Positions 37,047-44,537 of a DNA stretch of 44,537 nt are shown here, piece after piece. Position 1 is the stretch's first letter, and every line of letters begins with the position of its first letter. The stretch covers positions 1 to 44,537 of the forward strand of contig JABCSY010000024.1 in the NCBI GenBank assembly GCA_018238625.1, read 5' to 3'. The notes under the pieces are model-generated. The model saw only the letters and a list, made by a program, of their open reading frames with translations, made no database searches and was not told the origin of the DNA. The DNA is from Promethearchaeota archaeon (lineage in GTDB: Archaea; Asgardarchaeota; Lokiarchaeia; Sigyniarchaeales; SOKP01). The position numbers were made by a program, and so were the translations under genes.

Positions 37047-38147
37047 TTAAATCCTTCTTTTACGCCAAATTAAATAAATAGCGGCTATGATAATTCCAGA
37101 AATTGACGTAACTATAATTAACATAAAAAAGTTAAACTCAACCATGAAAATATCTTCGTTTAAAAGATCTAAGGAATTAAAACCTTTAAGTATTTCAAAG
37201 GTATAGTAAGAAGCGCTAATGGAAGAGAGCCTCTGATCATTTTCTTCGCTATGATCGCTAAAACCGCCGTCTTGAAAGTTCTGATGGTTTAGAACCCAAT
37301 TTACAGTTGCTTCTTTATTCAATTCGTTACTATTTATTATCCTAATTCCTTCAACGCAAAAATAGGTGCTGCTTAATAAGGAATTTTGGGCAAATACATC
37401 AGGTAAATATCCACCGTAATTTTCGAGATTATCATGATCGTTTACGTAAAACGATTTCAAATAATTCAATGTGCTAGTTTGATTTGTTAAATCACTAATT
37501 TCTCCTAATTCTTTAACTAAATAAATGGCGTAATAAGTAGTGAGCAAGGTAGATGATAAAGATTGGTTTCCTCCATAGCCACCATCAGTATTGTTGCACG
37601 ATAACACCCAATTTTTATGAAGTGTTTGATTCTCAACTGGTTCGTCGATTAAAGTAAATATGTTATACATATAGAAAGTCGAGATCAGATTTGCACTAGT
37701 AGATGTGTTAGTAGGACTAAATCCACCCGTACTTTGAACCGTCTCATTTATGTATACATAAATCTTATCGTGCAAATTTGAATCTAATTGAGTTCCAAGG
37801 GAATCTAGCGTACTTAAAAGATAAAATAAGTCATATATATCAATTACTTCTTCGTTAAACATAGAAGTAATTTCATCTTCCAAGTATACTTCTAAAGTTG
37901 GAATATCTACTTCTTTAATCGCTTGTAAAAAACCTTCAATTTTATATGCGCCGTAAAAGTCTATAATTTCTATAGCGTTAGCAGTATCTTGTGATGATGT
38001 GCCAAAACTCTCGTTGCCATTATGGTTTTCGTAAAGAAAATCGATTAAATGAAGCTGTCGGGTTTTTGCTGATGCTATGGGAGCAATACCCAACAACAAG
38101 GTTATTATTAGCGCTAAAAACGTTAAACTACGAAGTTTGTATTTCAA
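37047..38147 (-). CDS. Prenyltransferase/squalene-oxidase-repeat protein, exported and membrane anchored
   Basis: Repeats QSTGGF, CNNTDGGYG, ENYGGY, QNFQDGGFS, each followed by an S/TxY helix; signal peptide; C-terminal TM plus RKRR. Confidence 0.8.
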   Translation of the reverse strand: MKYKLRSLTFLALIITLLLGIAPIASAKTRQLHLIDFLYENHNGNESFGTSSQDTANAIEIIDFYGAYKIEGFLQAIKEVDIPTLEVYLEDEITSMFNEEVIDIYDLFYLLSTLDSLGTQLDSNLHDKIYVYINETVQSTGGFSPTNTSTSANLISTFYMYNIFTLIDEPVENQTLHKNWVLSCNNTDGGYGGNQSLSSTLLTTYYAIYLVKELGEISDLTNQTSTLNYLKSFYVNDHDNLENYGGYLPDVFAQNSLLSSTYFCVEGIRIINSNELNKEATVNWVLNHQNFQDGGFSDHSEENDQRLSSISASYYTFEILKGFNSLDLLNEDIFMVEFNFFMLIIVTSISGIIIAAIYLIWRKRRI

Positions 38148-38571
38148 TTAAAAAAAAACCCCAATCTGGTTTTAACTAATAAATTTTAATTTTTTAAAAT
38201 TAAAAATTAATGATATTTTTAAAAATTAACGATATTTTGAGTTTTTAGTTAGATTATTCAATAAATTCATTTAAAAAACAAAAAATATAATTCGGCGAGT
38301 TAAATTTATTTTTAAAAGATAGGAATTTCAAGCTAAAAAATCGAATACCATGTTTTATCGGATGTTAAATGCGTGAGCTACTAATCCGACTCGTTAAGGT
38401 TTAATACGATAGATTAAAAAAAAATTAAAATTTAAAAAATAAATTAAAGAAAAAAATTTTATTATTAGTAGTAGTTAGTAATAGTTCCCTTCCAACTTTG
38501 CTAGGTATTTTTCGATTTCTCAGAGCTTTGCAAAAATCAGAAAGTTTTTCGGAATTGAAGGAGTTAATTTA

Positions 38572-39633
38572 TTGGATAATTTAAGGAAAGGGCGTTTCTT
38601 TTCTCCGGAAACTATGGAGGCAATAATGTCGACAGTTCAGCAAAAACTCCAAGAAGATTTCGGCTATCTTTATTTACTTTCGAACGATATTTTGCAAGAC
38701 GGTTTAATGACCGATTACGAATATCAACTTCTTGACTTGTACTCTAACTTTCTTTCTAAAGCAGGTAGCTACGCAAATCAGCGAGGTTTAAACCTCTTCG
38801 CACCAGACGAGAGTACCATTTTGAATCAATACGATTCAGAAAAGTGGGAAGACGAAAGGGTCAAGGGGTATGGCATTGTTTTCCATCTTTGCCAATTCTT
38901 GGGGTTTGACCCGTTATTCTTTGAGCCTTTAGATAAGGGAATCTTTAAAAACCGTGGGTGGTTACGGCATCATTTTCGGGATTGGATTTATAGAAAGACC
39001 TCCAGCAGAGTCAGCGATACTTTGCTTACCGATAATAAGAAACACAGCGCTTACGAGCAATATAATGAGGGTTTTATCGTTGCACTCATGAACGGATTAA
39101 TCGAAGCCATCCAATTAAAGAAGGACGAGATTACTCCGACAGACTTGAAAAATTCGCTCGAAAAACACATGGAAAAATACTTGAGCGACCAAGGAGGCAC
39201 GACCCCAGAAGGAAATAGCGTCGGAGAGCTCGTGAACAAAGTCTTTGGTATCTGGAAGGGAAACGGGGACGCTGATTTCAAGGACCATTTGGATAAATTG
39301 AACGAGATAAGAGCAAAATATTTATCAAAGAAAACTGGTCGATTTGAGTATTCTATATTCTTAGAAGGTGAATACGACATGGACTCGAAGAGCCGATTCG
39401 TGAAGAACGCGAGGGACTTCCACACTCTCTTGAGAAACGATCAGGTTAGCGGGTCCGCCAGAGATTTGTACATCACTCAACTCGATTTCGATTACATGCA
39501 GCGAATATTTCCGGCAGCCGGCAGCACGCAGTCACGCATCACGGACTTTATCTTTATATTTAGCACCGTGCCTTCGAGAAACATCAATGTCGAGTGGGTT
39601 AATTACTTAGAAAAGCAAGTCTGGAAGATTTAA
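38572..39633 (+). CDS. Hypothetical protein, probably 5'-truncated, with an HNH-like motif
   Basis: Frame open from 38485 without an ATG until well inside; RHHF...SRVSDTLLTDNKKH; GC-richer than the host genes. Confidence 0.55.
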   Translation: MDNLRKGRFFSPETMEAIMSTVQQKLQEDFGYLYLLSNDILQDGLMTDYEYQLLDLYSNFLSKAGSYANQRGLNLFAPDESTILNQYDSEKWEDERVKGYGIVFHLCQFLGFDPLFFEPLDKGIFKNRGWLRHHFRDWIYRKTSSRVSDTLLTDNKKHSAYEQYNEGFIVALMNGLIEAIQLKKDEITPTDLKNSLEKHMEKYLSDQGGTTPEGNSVGELVNKVFGIWKGNGDADFKDHLDKLNEIRAKYLSKKTGRFEYSIFLEGEYDMDSKSRFVKNARDFHTLLRNDQVSGSARDLYITQLDFDYMQRIFPAAGSTQSRITDFIFIFSTVPSRNINVEWVNYLEKQVWKI

Positions 39634-39751
39634 ATAGCGAATTAATTAATTTATTTTTCATTTTTTTTAATTTCTTTACTTATCAAAAATATTTAAACCA
39701 AAATTAGCGCGGTTGTTTAATTTAAATAGAAACATTTACTTGGTAAATACG

Positions 39752-40153
39752 ATGAAAAGAAAAAAAACGATTTCCGTTCGGCACCCGCAGTTGGAAAGGT
39801 TTCGGAACGCCCTAAGGGAAGTAATTTTTAGAGTTAAGCTCGTTGAGCTAAGGGAGATAAGAAAAGATGGGAAAGATTTGGAGCCTACAGAAAGCAATGC
39901 GGACCTGAAGCAGATGAAGGTTTTATCCGACAAGCGCAGCAAGCTTGAGAGGGCTTGGAATAAGTCTCTTTGCGTGTGTTCCTTGTGCGGCTCTCGGACC
40001 AGCAACATGACGTTCAATCCGTTTATGGAGGAGTGGTTTTGCGTTGACTGTTACGAAAAGAATCAGGGGTTTTACAAGGCCAAGGCGAGAAAAGGGCAGA
40101 TCTGGAACTCCGAAAATTACGTTCGCACGCCCTCTACCAAGTGGTGGCCTTAG
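39752..40153 (+). CDS. Basic coiled-coil protein with C4 zinc finger
   Basis: CVCSLC...WFCVDC; ATG 39752 preferred over TTG 39713. Confidence 0.7.
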   Translation: MKRKKTISVRHPQLERFRNALREVIFRVKLVELREIRKDGKDLEPTESNADLKQMKVLSDKRSKLERAWNKSLCVCSLCGSRTSNMTFNPFMEEWFCVDCYEKNQGFYKAKARKGQIWNSENYVRTPSTKWWP

Positions 40154-40209
40154 TAGGCATCTGACGCGTTCTGGATTGTACGATTTAATGTAATTGGCGC
40201 GAGACTCCG

Positions 40210-40371
40210 ATGATGGTCCAGTTGTAACACCTACTTTTCAATAATATCCAAGAGATTATTATTCTTAATGAAAAGGGCATTCCTATATTTTGTCATAACT
40301 TTAGCGGTAGTTCAAAAGAGGATAATAATTATCAGATAATTAGTAGCTATTTCGAGCGGGTTTTTGATTAA
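40210..40371 (+). pseudogene. Fragment of a longin-like gene
   Basis: MMVQL*HLLFNNIQEIIILNEKGIPIFCHNFSGSSKEDNNYQIISSYFERVFD*. Confidence 0.55.
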
Positions 40372-40391
40372 TCAGAGAGTTAGATTTAATT

Positions 40392-41912
40392 TTAGAAGAT
40401 TTCGCTAATATCCTTGTACAATAAGTCGCTGTTTGCTTGAAATTCCTCGCGCGTAACAAACAAACTCTGGAACGATGGTAAGCTTCCTAATATACTAGCG
40501 CCATTGAATATGGCAAATTGGAGATTATCAGGAACGAAAAATCTTGTCACTTCATCAGATGAGTTGTAAAAACCAGAAAATTCTCTAGCAGGAGCCGCTT
40601 GTTTAATAATATCATGAGGTATCTCTGGTATATCGGTTGATTGAAAACTTTCACCACAATAAGGGCAGAATACAGAGTCATTATCTGAAATTGTTTTTTT
40701 ACACTTAGAACAAATTGTTTTTCCATCCACAACCTCTGTCTTCTTCTTTATGGGAAAGCCACCAATAGAAAGCTCTGGCAAAACTATTCTCCCCCCACAA
40801 GATGGACAGAATTCCTTACCATCAGATAGATCTACTAATACACCACAATTTGGACAATTATCTTTTTTTTTTCGTGTTTTTCCCTTTAATTCCATTTTTT
40901 TAGTTTTAGAAGGTTGAACAATTTTAGGTTTAGGAATTTTTCCTAACTTGGGGATTAATTGGCCTAATTCCAATCTTAACCTTTCTTCAAATCCAGAATA
41001 TGAGAGATTACCACCTGCAATCATAATATGGGAGAGAAGGTCGCTCCAAAAATATTTGTCTATCCCTTGTAGAGCGTTAATTACTGCTTGTGGAATGTTT
41101 AATATGTTAAAACCTAGTAAACTGGGTTGAAATAATACCTCGGGAGCTTCATGGAAAATATAGTTAGGAATTTCAATACTAGAACCATCTGGCATGGCAA
41201 AACTAAAACTCTCGTTTAATTTAGGAGGATTTTTGGGATTTAAAACGAAGTAACAGTTTTTTTCTTTAATTTCTTTAATTATCTCGTCAACAGCACTGGA
41301 CTCAATATTAATACCCTCCCTCATTAATAAATTTTTTAAATGTTGATTCACATCGGTGCCAGCTAAAGTCAATTTTTGAACTGATTGATCAACAATCTGC
41401 CCACCTATAATCGGAGTGATCCACGTAATCCCATCACCGCTCTCAATTACCAACCCCGTCGTTAAGCCTACGCTAAATAATGCCAAAACTGGTGTTGGAA
41501 CCATTATTAAGCTTTTTACTCTATGAGTTTCGTATAAAACACGAGCAATATATTCTTTAGTTTCTCGCTGGAGAAATGGTGGTTCGGTATATAACACGGG
41601 GTAATTAGAAAGATTTTCAATCCTTAAAAGGGAATAGAAGATGTAATTTAAAATCTCGTAATAATCGTCCCAATCCATGATCGCCCCCCTTTCGATAGGG
41701 TGCTTTATTTTAAGGACACCGCGCATCTTAACAACATCATTACCTATATAGATGTTCCTACCGCTTACATCGACCATAACAGCTTTATATTTTTCAGTAC
41801 CCGTGATTGTGGGAAAAACATACCTAGGACTGGGCTCTCCCGCAAATCCTATTTTAGTATAGGCTGAACCAATGTCAACTATAATCGGAGTTCCGGGTAA
41901 TGGTATTGCCAT
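40392..41912 (-). CDS. Actin-related protein with double zinc-ribbon insertion
   Basis: IVDIGSAYTKIGFAG, HPIERG, TEPP, ESGDG, EIKEK, PEVLFQPS, AGGN...GFEERL, GASILGSL. Confidence 0.95.
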   Translation of the reverse strand: MAIPLPGTPIIVDIGSAYTKIGFAGEPSPRYVFPTITGTEKYKAVMVDVSGRNIYIGNDVVKMRGVLKIKHPIERGAIMDWDDYYEILNYIFYSLLRIENLSNYPVLYTEPPFLQRETKEYIARVLYETHRVKSLIMVPTPVLALFSVGLTTGLVIESGDGITWITPIIGGQIVDQSVQKLTLAGTDVNQHLKNLLMREGINIESSAVDEIIKEIKEKNCYFVLNPKNPPKLNESFSFAMPDGSSIEIPNYIFHEAPEVLFQPSLLGFNILNIPQAVINALQGIDKYFWSDLLSHIMIAGGNLSYSGFEERLRLELGQLIPKLGKIPKPKIVQPSKTKKMELKGKTRKKKDNCPNCGVLVDLSDGKEFCPSCGGRIVLPELSIGGFPIKKKTEVVDGKTICSKCKKTISDNDSVFCPYCGESFQSTDIPEIPHDIIKQAAPAREFSGFYNSSDEVTRFFVPDNLQFAIFNGASILGSLPSFQSLFVTREEFQANSDLLYKDISEIF

Positions 41913-42091
41913 GCTTGATCAGTTATATTTTTTAAGAGCTTATGTGCTTTTATATAAATTTCCAAATTTAAATATTGGTATAATAATATTATAAAATGAT
42001 TTTCTTTAATTAAATAATTTTTCCAAATGAGGAAGTATTAATTAGAATATCTTACTAGATGATCTTCTATTCTTTTAGATATTTAGGTTTA

Positions 42092-42514
42092 TTAATCGAT
42101 TTTTAAAGATTTTTCCAGTTTCTTTTCGATCCCTTCTAATTCAATTAAAAGATTTTTGTATGTCTTCAATAAATATAAGCCCCAATCGCTTAATTTCACC
42201 CAACCTCCTCCTCCAAGACCTCCTTTTTTTGTTTCTACTGGAGATATTCCGGTTCTAGCTTTTATTTTATTTAAAATATTCCACGCATATTTGTAAGAGT
42301 AGCCGCATTCTTTTGCAGCCTGAGTTAAAGATATAGGACCTTTAGCATCGGGTTTATCGATGTTTTCAAGAAGATTAGCCCAACCAGATCCTAAAATATT
42401 TTTACGGTCATCATTCTGAAATTCTAGCCAAAATTTAATTCCAAAACCTATTTTAGCTTTTAATTTTTCGATATCGGGTTTATCTTCTTGTAGTTTATCG
42501 GATTGTTTTTCCAT
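42092..42514 (-). CDS. ModE N-terminal-like winged-helix regulator
   Basis: ILGSG...LLENI, SLTQAAKECGYSYKYAW, VETKKGGLGGGG..LS..G. Confidence 0.85.
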   Translation of the reverse strand: MEKQSDKLQEDKPDIEKLKAKIGFGIKFWLEFQNDDRKNILGSGWANLLENIDKPDAKGPISLTQAAKECGYSYKYAWNILNKIKARTGISPVETKKGGLGGGGWVKLSDWGLYLLKTYKNLLIELEGIEKKLEKSLKID

Positions 42515-42632
42515 ATTATCTAATTGATTTTCTTAATTTTAATTATTTTTTATAACGACTAATAAGGCTAAAGAGAAAAACATTAAAGGAAAGTCATTTT
42601 TTTTTTTGTAAATATAAATTTGTTGACTAAGT

Positions 42633-43385
42633 ATGGTTTTTTCTGGAGTAAGTAGTTCTGTAAAAATGGGTAAAATAGTAATAGAAAACTTGTATTATTT
42701 TTCCGAAAATCCTATGTTGGATTGCAATCAGTTTATAATTGTCGATAAAGAAAACGATGAATTAGCGCTTTTTGACGCAGGAAATGGTCTTTCTTTAAAA
42801 GGGTTAATTGAAGGGATGAGTAAACTAGGTTTGAATTATGAACAAATTACCAGAGTCTATCTTACTCACGAACATGTAGATCATGTGCTTGGCATATATC
42901 CATTGATTAAGTTATTAAGTAATAGTCCTCCTGAGTTGTTTGCTTATGGCGAAACGGCGAAGATATTGAGGAAGGGGGACGAATCAAAAATCTTTCCGGG
43001 GAATCTCGGGATCAGTCCAGGAATGTTTGGATTAGAAATTATACCTTTAAAAGTTAACGATTTGAAAGTAGAAGAAACGATTAGTATAGGTTCAGAATTT
43101 ATTTTTAAAATTTATTACACACCAGGTCATTCTCTCGGATCAATCTGTTACTATGAGAGTAGCAAAAAAATTCTAATTCCCGGAGATTTAGTATTTGCGG
43201 GGGGCAGTTTTGGAAGGTACGATTTCCCTGGAGGCTCTTTAAACGCTCTAATTGAATCAATTAAGTTTGTAAACAATTTAGACGTAAAATATTTGCTTCC
43301 AGGCCATATGAACATAAGTGATAATGGTAATCAGCAAATTGAATCTTCTTATAGAATGGTCCAATCAATAGGAAATTATTTTTAA
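42633..43385 (+). CDS. Metallo-beta-lactamase-fold hydrolase (glyoxalase II-like)
   Basis: FDAG, THEHVDH, TPGHS, GD, GRYDFPGG, LPGH; ATG 42666 is an alternative start. Confidence 0.9.
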   Translation: MVFSGVSSSVKMGKIVIENLYYFSENPMLDCNQFIIVDKENDELALFDAGNGLSLKGLIEGMSKLGLNYEQITRVYLTHEHVDHVLGIYPLIKLLSNSPPELFAYGETAKILRKGDESKIFPGNLGISPGMFGLEIIPLKVNDLKVEETISIGSEFIFKIYYTPGHSLGSICYYESSKKILIPGDLVFAGGSFGRYDFPGGSLNALIESIKFVNNLDVKYLLPGHMNISDNGNQQIESSYRMVQSIGNYF

Positions 43386-43554
43386 ATTTTAATGCTTTTA
43401 TCCTAGGGCTTCGTTCTGTTAGGGATTTATGAATTCTAATCAAATATACTATTTGATATATGAGAAGATTTTTTAGCCAAAAATTCTATATTGAAGTTAA
43501 TCACTTAATTTAAAATAAAATAAAAAAAAGAATTAAGTAAAATTTGTGATTAAA

Positions 43555-44214
43555 ATGTCTGAAAAAAAAGAATATGCGGTATCCGAAATTTTTCTACGTT
43601 CTTACCCAAAGATCATATTTTTCTGGCCCTTAGCGCTTGTTTCGTTGGTTATGTGGTTGTTACAGATGATTGTTCCAACACCCGTCGCATGGTACGGAAA
43701 CTTCTGGCTCGCTGTATTTGCTATAAACATGTTTATCGTTGCTTTCGATTTTGGTAGCACGAAATTTTTTGTTTTAGTTCTTCTTGGCGTTGTTGTGATT
43801 TTACTGGTAATTTTTCTAGTACCTGACCTATTTGCGGGTGCTTCAGCGATCCCCTTTAATCCCGGGTTAACAGCGAATTTCTACTTGGCAACTGCGTTAA
43901 TAATGGTAATTATTTTAGGTCTTGTCGTTCTTGGTTCAAGGTTTGATTACTGGAAGATTGAGAGAAACGAGATTTACCATAAAGCGGGTATATTCAGCTC
44001 TGCTGAAAGATTACCTACAAAAAGTCTAAGAATTAAGAAAGAAATCCCAGATGTGTTTGAATTTTTTATATTACGTGCAGGTTCTATTACACTAATGCCT
44101 GGACACGGTGATGTCATCAATTTACCTACAGTACTAAACATCAACAAGAAGCAGCATCAGATAGACTATTTATTGAGCCACGTCAGCATAGAACCAGACG
44201 AATTGGATGGGTAA
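43555..44214 (+). CDS. Four-TM protein with soluble C-terminal (bPH-like) domain
   Basis: Four hydrophobic segments, then YWKIERNEIYHKAGIF...AGSITL. Confidence 0.65.
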   Translation: MSEKKEYAVSEIFLRSYPKIIFFWPLALVSLVMWLLQMIVPTPVAWYGNFWLAVFAINMFIVAFDFGSTKFFVLVLLGVVVILLVIFLVPDLFAGASAIPFNPGLTANFYLATALIMVIILGLVVLGSRFDYWKIERNEIYHKAGIFSSAERLPTKSLRIKKEIPDVFEFFILRAGSITLMPGHGDVINLPTVLNINKKQHQIDYLLSHVSIEPDELDG

Positions 44215-44305
44215 TTTCTCTTAATATCAAATTAGATAAAAACTTTTTATTTTTTTTTTATTTATCATTAGATTTAAGAATTAAATTATATTTTTAGTAG
44301 TACTT

Positions 44306-44537
44306 ATGTCTCATCCTCCAATTTTATTACTTGATTTTGATGGCGTTTGTATCACTCAAAAAGCTTTAGAATACGCCGCTTTGATTCATCTGAGGAAAAG
44401 TTTCTATAAGTGGCAAAATACTGAGTCTTTAAGGCTTATAGATATTGCGAGGCTTTTTGAGGAAGCGGATTCGCAAAATAAAATTAGGGCTTTGATTAAG
44501 GTATATGGAGTATACAAAAGATTTATACCGAGTAGAT
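44306..44537 (+). CDS. HAD-superfamily hydrolase, partial at window end
   Basis: MSHPPILLLDFDGV: HAD motif I (DxDG); frame open to the window end. Confidence 0.7.
   Translation, partial: MSHPPILLLDFDGVCITQKALEYAALIHLRKSFYKWQNTESLRLIDIARLFEEADSQNKIRALIKVYGVYKRFIPSR

Noticed and set aside
38340-38410. GC-richer patch with TCGGAT/ATCCGA inverted repeat
   Set aside because: Only a 6-bp stem with no ORF or recognisable RNA; insufficient support.
4548-43443. About 30 short (60-124 aa) ORFs in the track overlapping long genes, e.g. 8615-8989, 13795-14046, 35745-35993, 39051-39425
   Set aside because: Antisense or off-frame shadows of well-supported genes, with no motifs.
1-44537. CRISPR array, tRNA, rRNA
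   Set aside because: No regularly spaced repeats, cloverleafs or rRNA-like sequence seen by eye; a tRNAscan/Infernal run would be needed to exclude them formally.

Overview
AT-rich (roughly 30% GC by eye) chromosomal segment, most likely from an Asgard archaeon (Lokiarchaeia/Promethearchaeota). This is inferred from an actin-family protein, several longin-like proteins, an archaeal SF2 helicase and T-rich terminators. It holds about 40 genes: metabolism (PfkB kinase, ThrC-HTH fusion, FolD, GH20), a divergent ZnuABC-type metal uptake locus with a DtxR-like regulator and a tandem palindromic operator, and PAS/7TM signalling genes. Two IS elements have ends readable from the sequence. One is a 1779-bp DDE element with 32-bp inverted repeats and an A8 target duplication. 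The other is a 1344-bp tnpB-only IS200/IS605 element inserted at the folD stop codon. Most notable: an actin-related protein with a ~130-aa double-zinc-ribbon insert and altered catalytic residues; a rearranged-RuvC TnpB with a deducible TAM and guide; a degenerate DRG GTPase flanked by longin-like genes; an SSUH2-like zinc-finger gene ahead of a split DUF4140/DUF4139 pair; and a GC-richer island with an HNH-like fragment. All family calls come from motif recognition by eye; no searches were run.
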